From Squalus acanthias (taxonomy: Eukaryota), in the NCBI GenBank assembly GCA_030390025.1, contig JASTWF010000034.1, positions 3,720,001 to 3,784,000 of the forward strand: a stretch of DNA of 64,000 nt, read 5' to 3'. Below the pieces are notes generated by a model. It did no database searches and was not told where the DNA came from. It worked only from the letters and a program-made list of their open reading frames with translations. Of the stretch, positions 25,757-38,429 are shown one piece after another. A program made the translations under genes and the position numbers. Within the stretch, counting starts at the first letter, position 1. Every line of letters starts with the position of its first letter.

Positions 25757-27980
25757 GATATACTCCACACCCCTCACTGTAACACTGATATACTCCACAC
25801 CCCTCACTGTAACACTGATATACCCCACACCCCTCACTGTAACACTGATATACCCCACACCCCTCACTGTAACACTGATATACCCCACACCCCTCACTGT
25901 AACACTGATATACCCCACACCCCTCACTGTAACACTGATATACCCCACACCCCTCACTGTAACACTCTGATATACCCCACACCCCTCACTGTAACACTGA
26001 TATACCCCACACCCCTCACTGTAACACTGATATACCCCACACCCCTCACTGTAACACTGATATACCCCACACCCCTCACTGTAACACTGATATACCCCAC
26101 ACCCCTCACTGTAACACCTGATATACCCCACACCCCTCACTGTAACACTGATATACCCCACACCCCTCACTGTAACACTGATATACTCCACACCCCTCAC
26201 TGTAACACTGATATACCCCACACCCCTCACTGTAACACTGATATACCCCACACCCCTCACTGTAACACTGATATACCCCACACCCCTCACTGTAACACTG
26301 ATATACCCCACACCCCTCACTGTAACACTGATAAACCCCACACCCCTCACTGTAACACTGATATACCCCACACCCCTCACTGTAACACTGATATACCCCA
26401 CACCCCTCACTGTAACACTGATATACCCCACACCCCTCACTGTAACACTGATATACCCCACACCCCTCACTGTAACACTGATATACCCCACACCCCTCAC
26501 TGTAACACTGATATACCCCACACCCCTCACTAACACTGATATACCCCACACCCCTCACTGTAACACTGATATACCCCACACCCCTCACTAACACTGATAT
26601 ACCCCACACCCCTCACTGTAACACTGATATACCCCACACCCCTCACTGTAATACTGATATACCCCACATCCCTCACTGTAACACTGATATACCCCACACC
26701 CCTCACTAACACTGATATACCCCGCACCCCTCACTGTAACACTGATATACCCCGCACCCCTCACTGTAACACTGATATACCCCACACCCCTCACTGTAAC
26801 ACTGATATACCCCACACCCCTCACTGTAACACTGATATACCCCACACCCTCACTGTAACACTGATATACCCCACACCCCTCACTGTAACACTGATATACC
26901 CCACACCCCTCACTGTAACACTGATATACCCCACACCCCTCACTGTAACACTGATATACTCCACACCCCTCACTGTAACACTGATATACCCCACACCCCT
27001 TTCTGTAACACTGATATACCCCACACTCCTCACTGTAACACTGATATACCCCACACCCCTCACTGTAACACTGATATACCCCACACCCCTCACTGTAACA
27101 CTGATATACCCCACACCCCTCACTGTAACACTGATATACTCCACACCCCTCACTGTAACACTGATATACCCCACACCCCTCACTGTAACACTGATATACC
27201 CCACACCCCTCACTGTAACACTGATATACCCCACACCCCTCACTGTAACACTGATATACCCCACACCACTCACTGTAACACTGATATACCCCACACCCCT
27301 CACTGTAACACTGATATACTCCACACCCCTCACTGTAACACTGATATACCCCACACCCCTCACTGTAACACTGATATATCCCACACCCCTCACTGTAACA
27401 CTGATATACCCCACACCCCTCACTGTAACACTGATATACCCCACACCCCTCACTGTAACACTGATATACCCCACACCCCTCACTGTAACACTGATATACC
27501 CCACACCCCTCACTGTAACACTGATATACCCCACACCCCTCACTGTAACACTGATATACCCCACACCCCTCACTGTAACACTGATATACCCCACACCCCT
27601 CACTGTAACACTGATATATCCCACACCCCTCACTGTAACACTGATATACCCCACACCCCTCACTGTAAAACTGATATACCCCACACCCCTCACTGTAACA
27701 CGGATATACTCCACACCCCTCACTGTAACACTGATATAGCCCACAGCCTTCACTGTAACACTGATATACACCACACCCCTCACTGTAACACTGATATAGC
27801 CAAAAGCCCTCACTGTGACACTGATATACACCACACCCCTCACTATAACACTGATATACCTGACACCCCTCAATTTAACACTGATATACCTCACACACCT
27901 CACTATAACACACGGAAATACCCCATACCTCTCACTGTAACACAGATATATACCCCACAGGCCTCACAGTAACACTTTGA
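25757..27980 (-). repeat. 30-bp minisatellite array (~2.2 kb, very homogeneous core)
   Basis: (cactgtaacactgatataccccacacccct)n on the + strand. Confidence 0.97.
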
Positions 27981-28009
27981 TTCAGTGGGAAGGCGAGCTG
28001 CATATGTAG

Positions 28010-29818
28010 TGAGGAGTGAGCTGCTGGTTTAGTGGGCCAGTGAGCTGCTGGTTTAGTGGGGAGGTTAGCTGCTGGTTTAGTGGGCCAGTGAGCTGCTGGT
28101 TTAGTGGGGAGTGAGCTGCTGGTTTAGTGGGGAGTGAGCTGCTGGTTTAGTGGGCCAGTGAGCTGCTGGTTTAATGGGGAGGTGAGCTGCTGGTTTAGTG
28201 GGGCGGTGAGCTGCTGGTTTAGTGGGCCAGTGAGCTGTTGGTTTAATGGGGAGGTGAGCTGCTAGTTTAGTGGGGCGGTGAGCTGCTAGTTTAGTGGGCC
28301 GGTGAGCTGCTGGTTTAGTGGGGAGGTGAGCTGCTGGTTTAGTGGGGAGGTGAGCTGCTGGTTTAGTGGGGAGGTGAGCTGCTGGTTTAGTGGGGAGGTG
28401 AGCTGCTGGTTTAGTGGGGAGGTGAGCTGCTGGTTTAGTGGGGAGGTGAGCTGCTGGTTTAGGGGGGAGGTGAGCTGCTGGTTTAGGGGGGAGGTGAGCT
28501 GCTGGTTTAGTGGGGAGGTGAGCTGCTGGTTTAGTGGGGAGTGAGCTGCTGGTTTAGTGGGCCAGTGAGCTGCTGGTTTAATGGGGAGGTGAGCTGCTGG
28601 TTTAGTGGGGCGGTGAGCTGCTGGTTTAGTGGGCCGGTGAGCTGTTGGTTTAATGGGGAGGTGAGCTGCTAGTTTAGTGGGGTGGTGAGCTGCTAGTTCA
28701 GTGGGCCGGTGAGCTGCTAGTTTAATGGGGAGGTGAGCTGCTGGTTTAGTGGGCCAGTGAGCTGCTGGTTTAGTGGGGAGGTGAGCTGCTGGTTTAGTGG
28801 GGAGGTGAGCTGCTGGTTTAGGGGGGAGGTGAGCTGCTGGTTTAGGGGGGAGGTGAGCTGCTGGTTTAGTGGGGAGGTGAGCTGCTGGTTTAGTGGGGAG
28901 GTGAGCTGCTGGTTTAGTGGGGAGGTGAGCTGCTGGTTTAGTGGGGAGGTGAGCTGCTGGTTTAGTGGGGAGGTGAGCTGCTGGTTTAGTGGGGAGGTGA
29001 GCTGCTGGTTTAGTGGGGAGGTGAGCTGCTGGTTTAGTGGGGAGGTGAGCTGCTGGTTTAGTGGGGAGGTGAGCTGCTGGTTTAGTGGGGAGGTGAGCTG
29101 CTGGTTTAGTGGGGAGGTGAGCTGCTGGTTTAGTGGGGAGGTGAGCTGCTGGTTTAGTGGGGAGGTGAGCTGCTGGTTTAGTGGGGAGGTGAGCTGCTGG
29201 TTTAGTGGGGAGGTGAGCTGCTGGTTTAGTGGGGAGGTGAGCTGCTGGTTTAGTGGGGAGGTGAGCTGCTGGTTTAGTGGGGAGGTGAGCTGCTGGTTTA
29301 GTGGGGAGGTGAGCTGCTGGTTTAGTGGGGAGGTGAGCTGCTGGTTTAGTGGGGAGGTGAGCTGCTGGTTTAGTGGGGAGGTGAGCTGCTGGTTTAGTGG
29401 GGAGGTGAGCTGCTGGTTTAGTGGGGAGGTGAGCTGCTGGTTTAGTGGGGAGGTGAGCTGCTGGTTTAGTGGGGAGGTGAGCTGCTGGTTTAGTGGGGAG
29501 GTGAGCTGCTGGTTTAGTGGGGAGGTGAGCTGCTGGTTTAGTGGGGAGGTGAGCTGCTGGTTTAGTGGGCCAGTGAGCTGCTGGTTTAGTGGGCCAGTGA
29601 GCTGCTGGTTTAGTGGGGAGGTGAGCTGCTGGTTTAGTGGGGAGTGAGCTGCTGGTTTAGTGGGCCGGTGAGCTGCTGGTTTAGTGGGGAGGTGAGCTGC
29701 TGGTTTAGTGGGCCGGTGAGCTGCTGGTTTAGTGGGGAGTGAGCTGCTGGTTTAGTGGGGAGTGAGCTGCTGGTTTAGTGGGGAGGTGAGCTGCTGCTTT
29801 AGTGGGGAGGTGAGCTGT
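28010..29818 (+). repeat. 24-bp minisatellite (ggtgagctgctggtttagtgggga)n, ~75 units
   Basis: Perfect tandem core ~28,860-29,560. Confidence 0.97.
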
Positions 29819-30204
29819 TATCATTCGTTGTTCTTGCCCATTAATCTCTCTTAATTTGTACATTACTCTCCCACACAGGAGTGTTAATTACCTGCTTCTG
29901 TAACCTTCAAACCCTCACAGCTTCCAATGTCCTTTACAAAAGGGACTGATTCTCTGGCCACACTCCCCAGCAGTCCTCCAGACACCCTGCTGGCATTAAA
30001 TTCAATCTTCACACTCACCCATGCTTGGCAGCAGATGTGCATCTTTCTGGACTGTATTCTAACCTAACGTAATCTCTGGTTATTCTAGTTTAATGTTGAT
30101 ATAATTCCATATGTCAACCAGTGTATTCTATTTAATAATCTATACATACCAATACTTACAAGAACTTTTAAAAGGTCAGCTTTCAGAGTGTATTCGCTTG
30201 CGTT

Positions 30205-30872
30205 TCAGCAGACTGGATGACCTTGTGAATCTCCTCGCACACATGGAGCAGGTGAACGGATTCTCTCCAGTGTGAACATGCTGGTGTTCAATGAGGTGGG
30301 ATAAGTGAATCTCTTCCCACAGTGAAAGCAACTGAACGGTCTCTCGTCAGTGTGAACTCGCTGATGTTTCAGCAGGATGCATGACCGATTGAATCCCTTC
30401 CAACATACGGAGCGGGTCAACAGTCTCTCCCCAGTGTAACTGCACCGATGAATTTGCATCTCAGACGGTTAATTGAATCCCTTCTCACAGTCCCCACATT
30501 CCCACGGTTTCTCCATGGTCCATCTGTCTCTCCAGGTGGGACGATCGGTTGAAGCCTCGTCCGCACACAGAACACGTGTACGGTTTCTCCCCGCTGTGAA
30601 TGGTGCCAAGTTTTTTCAGGCTGTGTAGCTGGTTACAGCTCTCTCCACAGTCAGTGCACTGGAACACTCTCGCTCAAGTGTGAATGGGTCTCAGTGCTTT
30701 CCCAGTCGCATGATGTGTAAAATCCTTTCCCAAACACAAGAACAGAGAAAGATTTCTCCTTCCGCATTCAAAGGCCGATGATATTCAGGTCCTGATGAAT
30801 CGAGTGACTCTCAGATCTTGGCGTGATGTTTGTTTTGAGTTTCTTGTCTGCAAATCCTCCCCTTCTAATACC
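30205..30872 (-). pseudogene. C2H2 (Kruppel-type) zinc-finger gene terminal exon, frameshifted
   Basis: tttttcag acceptor at 30,873-30,880. [22 protein letters not shown] and [13 protein letters not shown] motifs are spread over several frames. Confidence 0.85.
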
Positions 30873-31099
30873 CTGAAAAAGGAGATTACAAAAGTCATCA
30901 CTAAGTACAGGACATAAATTCAGAACAGACAATTCTACTTTCTATGGAACAATCTTTCCTCTCTTGTTTCCCCCAAAAGCTGTAAATTCCTGTCCCACAC
31001 ACTCTCCCTCTCCCTGTGCTGAAATCCTTGCCCATTGCACCATATTTTTGCCCCAACCCACTCTCTCCCTCCCTCTGCTCTCCAGTTCTGCAGCCCCTG

Positions 31100-31630
31100 T
31101 GTGCGAGGAGTGTGATGGAATACTCTCCACTTGCCTGGATGAGTACAGCTCCAAAAACACTCAAGAAGCTCGACGCCATCCAAGACAAATCAGCCCACTT
31201 GATTGACACCCCATCCACCACATGAAACATTCACTCCCTCCACCACCGGCGTACCGTGGCTGCAGTGTGTACCATCTACAAGATGCACTGCAGCAACTCG
31301 CCAGGTCGTGATCGGTAGCACCTCCTAAACCCGCGAACTCTTCTACATAGAAGAACAAGGGCAGCAGCCTCATGGGAACACCACCACCTCCAGGTTCCCC
31401 TCCAAGTCACACACCATCCTGACTTAGAAGTATATCACTGATCCTTCATCATCGCTGGGTCAAAATCCAGGAACTCCCTACTTAACAGCAATGTGGGAGT
31501 ACCATCACCACATGGACTGCAGCGGTTTAAGATGGCAGCTCACCACCACCTTCTCAAGGGCAATTAGGGATGGGTAATAAATTCTGGCCTTGCCAGCGAC
31601 GCCCACATCGCATAAACGAATATAAAAAAC
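31100..31630 (+). mobile_element. 3' fragment of the same LINE family as 1,599-4,660, lying in the ZNF intron
   Basis: RSVMEYSPLAWMS...KKLDAIQDK motif and matching 3' UTR with an A-rich tail. Confidence 0.85.
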
Positions 31631-31639
31631 AGCTTCTGC

Positions 31640-32165
31640 TGCACCTGCTCTGGGAGTGGGCGGCGCATGCGCCCTGATCCCGCCCTGTCCAAGATGGCGG
31701 CGAGGGTACAAGTCCCGCCTTCCTTCACCAAGATGGCGGCCGGTTGCCGGGGTAACCCGCGGCTCTCGCCGCGGAGAAATCCTCTCGCAAACGGGCGGAC
31801 AGTCACCCCGCTCAACCCGGCGGCCGGGCCTGGCGCCACGGCGCAAACACGGCACCGGCGGCGTCTTATTCGGGGCCTGAGCCCTACGCCCGGTGTTTTT
31901 GAAGCTCCCCAGCCCCGCCGCAGCGCCGATTCCTCCCCGGCCCCCACAATGTCTTCCCGCCTCTCGAGCCGCCTTTTCGGCCATTAGTACAACAGAAAAT
32001 GACCTGAACCGTTCGCTCTGATTCTCTCTGCCCGCCGCTTTTATTGTTGTCCGCCTTTACTCTTGACGTCACCACGCGTACTGCGCATGATCAGAGCACG
32101 CCCCGGTCTCGCGCCTGCGCAGTGGAATCCTGCAGTCATTGATAGGGCACTTTCTGCCGCGTGGT
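31640..32165 (-). promoter_or_regulatory. CpG island; probable promoter / first exon of the ZNF pseudogene
   Basis: Densest CpG block in the arms. Two caagatggcggc (YY1-type) motifs, NRF1-type gcgcatgcgc / tgcgcatg / gcgcctgcgca motifs, and a CRE tgacgtca near 32,064. Lies upstream of the ZNF exon. Confidence 0.7.
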
Positions 32166-32342
32166 GGATCCTGGGTAAACACACTGCCATTGAAAGTTCC
32201 AATTGCTGAAGAGATCATTCACATTTTCAGATTGGGCCTTTGTTCACTACCTGTAGGCGGCTAACATTAAGTTGCCCCATTTTCACTAGACGTGGACATA
32301 AACCAATAAGGCAAGTGTCCCAGCACACCACAAATATCCAGT

Positions 32343-32445
32343 AACAGTTCTGACGAAGGGCCCTGGACCCGAAACGTTGACTCTGTTTCTCTCTCCTCGA
32401 TGCTGCCTGACCTGCTGAGTGTTTCCAACATGTTCTGTTGTTATT
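32343..32445 (+). ncRNA. Solitary Penelope family B terminal repeat with a minimal hammerhead motif (32,343-32,387)
   Basis: aacagtt-CTGACGA-a-gggccctggaccc-GAAA-cgtt-gactctgtt. Flanking sequence matches the Penelope 3' end at 38,090-38,190. Confidence 0.7.
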
Positions 32446-32635
32446 CCTGTAATAAGTATGTACAATACAGCCAAACACACAAACAATAATTAAATCACAA
32501 TGTGACAGTGAGGGTCGATTATTACCTCACTGAGCTACGGTGCCCACCGGGCACTTCAGGTAATGATACAGAGGCTGCAACCTCTCACACTGAAAATACA
32601 TATGGATCATAGACTCCTCAAGGCCGTAAAAACAC

Positions 32636-35600
32636 GGCTGGAATTGTGCCTACCTGGCAGGTCCGGTGCGGGCGGTGGCAATCGCGGGTCGTCAGCCCGC
32701 TGCTGAAAATGACTTTACGTTAGTCGGACCTATTGAGCCCACCCAGCGTGTTACCCGGTCCAATTAAATGATGCGGGTCTGGACTGTTGACATCGTTGAT
32801 TAAGCGTTTTCAGCCGGGATCTTTAAGGGGCCATGGCCACATTGGACTTGAATGTCAATGTAACATACTGCTGTCAGTGCACTACAGCATTGGAGTGCTG
32901 CAAACACTAACAATGACTGCACAGAGGCAGAGGGCTGCACCCAGGTTGTCTGATGGCTCCCTCCATATGCTTATGAAGGGAGTCAAAGCATTCAGGGTGG
33001 TCCTCTTCTCTTCCAATGGACGGATGTGACCTCCCCAGGACACTAAAACAGCCTGGTTGGAGATTGCAGAGGGGGTCACCAGCAGGGATGTTGTCAGCAA
33101 GACCTGGGTGCAGTGCCGCAAACGTTACAATGATCTCATTAGATCAGGAAACGTGAATACAAAGCCACACTCACCATTTTGCTATGCCTCTCATCACAAC
33201 CCCATCACTCTGCCTTCCCAACCCTACCCCTGCACATTCTTACTCACACCAACATACCTTGCAGGTCCACCCGTCCCTCTCTTTCTATTTACATTATCAC
33301 ATCCCCATCTCAATAGCCACCGCTCACACTGACACTCACCGTTGTGCAATCATACCAACTAACAACACACAAGGAGGCCACTTGTATTTGGCACCCCACT
33401 CCATCATAGTCACCATCTAAATATCTACCACATCCATTCCTTACATTCATTCCATCAGTCTCACTCAAACTTCTCTTTTTTCCCTCCTTGCAGGAAAAGA
33501 GAGCCCACAATAACAGGGAGAAGGGGTGAACCGGCGGTGGCACTCCATCATTTGCAAACCTTACAATAGCAGAGGAGGCTGCTTTAGAAATATCTGGAGT
33601 CGCTGAGCAGCTGGAGGTGGGAGATGGAGCGAGGGGGACATCTCAGCAACCGGGTGACAGAATTACATATCATACAGCAACATGGCATACATCCATCACT
33701 CAAATGGGCACTGATCTCACTGAATGGTCATCATGTACATAATGGTATCTGTACCCATTCTTCATATGACATATCTAACTCATATCTTCACTCTCCCACA
33801 GGTCCATCAAGAGTTCCCCCCCTCCAATGTCCAGGAGGAAGAGGAAGATGACTCCTCAGAGGAGCCTTCAGCCACTGAGGGTTCACCATCACAAGACATA
33901 GATAGAGTAGTGTTGTCAACTGGTGTCTCCCAACTCACAAGTGTGCAAGAGCAGATGGTCGAGAGAGGGAGAGCAGTGGAGTCTCCTTGCTAGAGGGCGC
34001 AGGACGCTCCCAGCTCTGATTAGCTGCATGCAGACGCTGAGCCTCGGGGGCCATCCAGAAAGAGGGCGACCCTGGAGATGCAGCAAGAAGTGCAGGGGGA
34101 CTCTGACAGGTTTTGCGAGCGCGATGTCTGCAAATTTTCAGAGAATGGAGTAGTCAATCACCAACATGAGCACCACCTTGTCACAGGCGATGGTGACTGT
34201 AGGCTCCTCCGTGGATAGGATGGACAGCTACATGGAGCAGCTAATGCTCCACTCGGAGGAACACATGGTCTTTATGCGGGATAGATGGCTATTTATAGAG
34301 AATAGATGGCAGAGGCTCATAGATCTCCTCTCTAACAGGGATGTCAGCATAGACGTGGGTCCTCATGGCCTCACTGCTGTGCAGTAAGGTGCTCTACACC
34401 TCCTTGGCAGCAGGGAAGTGAGCAGGCTGCCTCTACCTCTGCTGAAGCCACACGGCTAGCTCCTCGTAGATGCATGCAGAAGAAAAAGATGACACATAAT
34501 GTAAGATGTTTATGATCTCTCAGAGTTCTTGGACAAGACACAAATAGGCAGCAGCCGGTATATTTGAGCAATAGATCAAGATTTATTAAGCTTACTGAAG
34601 AGCAGGCGATAGTTTAACGAGTCGCTCGCAGCCCTTGGACTGTGGAACCTCTCGGACACAAGTGACGTCATCTTCAGTCTGTTCCTTTGTTCTTGCAGTA
34701 GGTCTGTGTAAAGTTGTTTTTCGAGTATCAAGGTTTTAACCCATATCTTATCAAAAGTTCATGCGGGTATTGTCCAAATATGGTCTTTAACAAAATCACC
34801 TATTTTAATAGGTTCTAATGATCAAAACACCATTGTCACTCAGACTAAGTTTAGCATCTTGGCCCCGCCTTTCCAGTATTTTTCCTACAACTTTACCCTG
34901 TTCATCGTCATCTTGTTTATAGTTCTTCACCACATTGGAATTGACCTTATATCTCTCATTTCTAGCTTCACTGGTACAGGCAGTACAAGGCCTCATAAAC
35001 TGCGTAAGCTGCGATACTGTCCGTTATCAGAGCTAGTCTTGACTAGTCCTGGCTGTCTTTGCAGTAACATTTGAAGCAAGCCTTAGCAATTTATGCACAA
35101 GTCATTACAGGTGATACTGAATATTGATATTTGGTTAATGTGACGTTCACTATTCACTTATACATGTTATTACTAAAAATATCCAAGTATCAGTCTTTTG
35201 TACACACATATAATTCACAAGGGTAGCCACTTGGGGGTTTTATCGAATGTTAATGTAAAGTTTCCGTTAATGTACTGTCAAATATAAAAATTCATATTGT
35301 CAACACTTTCCGGTCTTGGACAGATCTGTGTGCACCTTCGCTAGTGGATTAAAGAGTTGCAGTGAATGGTGGGACATAATGGTACCTCCCACAATGGTGG
35401 TGAGTGTGAAAGGAATGGCTTGGTCATTGCAGGGATGCTTTACGGTGTTGCTCTGGGATGGTGCCAACCTGGAGCATCATCTGGCAGCTGCAAGGGTGAA
35501 CAGCGTCAAGTGAAGTAGATCTGGCCATGGTGAGGCCAGCCCTGGCCTGCCGGGCAGCAATGTGCTCGGGTGCTGATGCGCTCTGTCCTCTGCAGCATCA

Positions 35601-35797
35601 AGTGATTGCGGAGAAGGTTGGTGTTGTTGTTGGTGCTGCTGGTGTGCCTGGCGCTGCTGAGGACCAAGGTGAGACAGTATAAACGGCATCCATGCTGATG
35701 GAATAGATGGCAGGTGAAGTAGAGATGACAGAAGCAATCTGTCAATGTGGGAGAGGTTCCTCCAATGAGGTGACACTGGATGGAGACTTTGCTGGAA
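32636..35797 (+). mobile_element. Internally deleted Harbinger-like transposon with a spliced Myb/SANT-like pseudogene (exons ~32,913-33,152, 33,494-33,653, 33,802 onward)
   Basis: RAAPRLSD..LLMKGV..VLF..*..TAWLEIAEGVTS..KTWVQCRKRYNDL is a Myb/SANT-like DNA-binding domain of the kind carried by Harbinger elements. In-frame TGA at 33,027. GT-AG introns. GC-rich end ggctggaatt. No DDE core seen. Confidence 0.7.
34500..35305 (-). mobile_element. Probable solo LTR inserted in the Harbinger remnant
   Basis: Minus strand runs tgttga...cttaca (TG...CA), with AATAAA ~85 nt before the 3' end. Composition differs from the flanks. No TSD recognised. Confidence 0.45.
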
Positions 35798-36158
35798 AGA
35801 CCAACTAGATGCAGGAAGGATGTTTCCGATGGTCGGGGAGTCCAGAACCAGGGGTCACAGTCTAAGGATAAGGGGTAAGCCAGTTAGGACAGAAATGAGG
35901 AGGAATTTCTTCACCCAATGATTGGTGAACCTGTGGAATTCTCTGCCACAGAAGGCAGTAGAGGGCAATTAATTAAATAGATTCAAGGAGTTGGATATAT
36001 TTCATAATGCTAAAGGGATCAAGGGATATGGGGAGAAAGCAGGGACAGGGTACTGAATTTGGATGATCAGCCATGATCGCATTGAATGGCAGAGCAGGCT
36101 AGAGGGGCCGAATGGCCTACTCCTTCTTCTATCTTCTATGAGTCTATGAGTCTATGAG
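35798..36158 (+). mobile_element. CR1 3' end with a (tctatgag)3 tail; forms the left edge of the spacer
   Basis: RT C-terminal codons (GRMFPMVGESRTRGHSLRIRG), 3' stem-loop region and octamer tail. Confidence 0.9.
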
Positions 36159-36164
36159 ATCCAA

Positions 36165-38225
36165 ACCCCAACATTGTCATTAAACCTGCTGACAAGGGTG
36201 GTGCTGCTGTTGTTTGGCAAACCGACCTCTACCGTGCGGAGGCTGAACGCCAATCTCCGACACCTCCTCCTCCGACCTCCGCCTGGACAATGGCCCCACC
36301 ACCGAACATCAAGCCACCATTTCCTAGACTGTCACTGGCCTCATCTCCTCTGGAGATCTTCCCTCCACGGCCGCCAGTCTAAATAATTCCCCAACCCCGC
36401 ACAGCCCTCTTCTACCTCCTTCCCTAGATCCACAAACAGGTCTGCCCTGGTAGACGCATCGTTTCAGCCTGTCCTTGCCCCACGGAAAGTAACTCTTCCT
36501 ATCTCGACTCTATTTTTTCTCCCCTTGTTCAGTCTCTTCCCACCTACATCCGCGACTCTTCCGATGTCCACTGCCACTTTAACAGTTTCCAGTTTCCTGG
36601 CCCCAACCGTCTCCTTTTCACTATGGATGTCCAATCCCTCTACACCTCCATCCTCCACCAGGACGGCCTGAGGGCGCTCCGTTTCTTCCTTGAAAAGAGG
36701 CCCAACCAGTCCCGATCCACCACCACCCTCCTCCGCCTGGCTGAACTTCTTCTCACATTGAACAACTTCTCCTTTGACTCCAGTCACTTCCTCCAAATTA
36801 AAGGTGTTGCTATGGAAACCCGCATGGGTGCTAGCTATGCCTGCCTTTTCATGGGATATGTGGACATTCTTTGTTCCAGTCCAACTCAGGTCCCGCCCTC
36901 ACCTCTTTTTCTGGTACATTGATAACTGTATCGGTGCTGTTTCCTGCTCTCGCCCTGAACTGGAAAATTTCATTCCCTTTGCTTCCAATCTCCACCCTTC
37001 CCTCACCTTCACATGATCCATCTGTGGCTCTTCCCTTCCCTTCCTTGACTTCTCCGTCTCCATCTCTGGGGATAGGTTATTAACAAACATTCACTGTAAG
37101 CCCACTGACTCCCACAGCTACCTGGACTACACTTCCTCACACCCCTCTTCCTGTAAGGACTCTATTCCATTCTCGCAATTTCTCTGTCTCCTCTGCATCT
37201 GCTCTGACGATGCCACCTTCCATACTGGTGCTTCCGACATGTCTTCCTTTTTCAACAACCGAGGATTCCCCTCTACTGTGGCTGACACGGCCCTTGACCG
37301 TGTCCGTTCTATTTCCCGCACTTCTGCTCTCACCCGTTTCCCTCCCTCCTGGAACCAAAATAGGGTTCCCCTTGTCCTCATCTTTCACCCCACCAGCCTC
37401 CACATTCAACAGATCATCCTCCGCCATTTCCGCCACCTCCAGCGTGATCCCTTTCAGCATTCCAAAGGGAATACTCTCTCCAAAACATCCTGGCCCACTC
37501 CTCTATCACCCCCAACAACCCGCTGCACTTCCCACGGCAGCCTCCATGCAAGCCTGTACACTGGGGAGATCAAACGCACATTAGGTGACCGCTTTGTGGA
37601 ACACCTCCCTGCAGTCAGTAAGGGTGATCCCGAGCTTCCGGTCGCCTGTCACCTTAATTCTCCGCTCCACTCCCACTCTGACCTCTCCGTCCTCGGCCTC
37701 TTATACTGTTTCAATGAAGCTCAACGTAAGCTCAAGGATCAGCACCTCATCTTTCGATTAGGCTCTTTACAGCCTTCTGGACTCAACAATAATTTCAACA
37801 ATTTCAGACCAGAACCTCTGCCCCTATCATTTTGTTCATGTTTTCTCTCTCTCACACGGCAGCTGTCGATCATTCTGCCATTGCCATTTACACTTCATCT
37901 AGAGTCATCTTTTGTTTCTTAACTTGTCCCATTACCATCTCCTTTTGCCTTGCACCATCATCCCTTTTGTCTCTTAATCTCTCCTGCCTTCCATCCAATC
38001 ACAGACCTTCACATTTGTTCTTTCCTCCCCTCCCCCTTTCCCTGCCCCTACACTGACTTAAAAACCTGTTCCATCTCCAACTTTTTCCAGTTCTGACGAA
38101 GGGTCATCGACCTGAAACATGAACTCTGATTCTCTCTCCACAAATGCTGCCTGACCTGCTGAGTACTTCCAGCATTTTCTGTTTTTACTTCAGATTTCCA
38201 GCATCCGCAGTATTTTGCTTTTGTA
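36165..38225 (+). mobile_element. Decayed Penelope-like retroelement, family B (RT + GIY-YIG), in the spacer
   Basis: KPADKGG, MDVQSLYTSI, KGVAM, YIDNCIGA and YTGE..R.LGDRF.EH...GLN motifs. Degenerate hammerhead at 38,090-38,124. Confidence 0.88.
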
Positions 38226-38429
38226 CTAATAATTGAAATTGGGTCGCCCGCCTCTGCCGGTCAGGGCGGATCCACGCTGATAGACGCACCTGGGGGACAG
38301 TGATGACAGTGGGGTCCCGAGCCGTTCACAGAAATAACAACTTTCCCACCGGACCCGTCTCCGAACGCGCCCGCTACCACCCCAGAAAATGAGTATTTCC
38401 AGCAATCTCTGTTTAAATTATTAGTAGTT

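Larger units (their letters stand above)
14283..35797. repeat. Left arm of the large inverted duplication
   Basis: Collinear reverse complement of 38,675-~62,700, including unique non-TE junctions. Inner end ...gactttgctggaa (35,797) pairs with ttccagcaaagtc (38,675). Confidence 0.97.

Noticed and set aside
25664..27903. Long ORFs of (SVTVRGVGYI)n, (CYSEGCGVYQ)n and (TLIYPTPLTV)n, also at 45,564-47,402
   Set aside because: By-product of a 30-bp unit without stops in several frames. Arrays contain 28-, 29-, 31- and 32-bp units that shift frame freely.
28733..29647. 304-aa (SCWFSGEV)n ORF
   Set aside because: Translation of the 24-bp minisatellite; non-ATG start and broken by 23-bp units.
28010..29818. 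Interstitial telomeric repeat
   Set aside because: Only tttagtgggg, with occasional ttaggg variants; no tandem (TTAGGG)n.
31505..32075. Several overlapping Arg/Gly/Pro-rich ORFs
   Set aside because: Expected from stop-poor CpG-island sequence; no recognisable domain.
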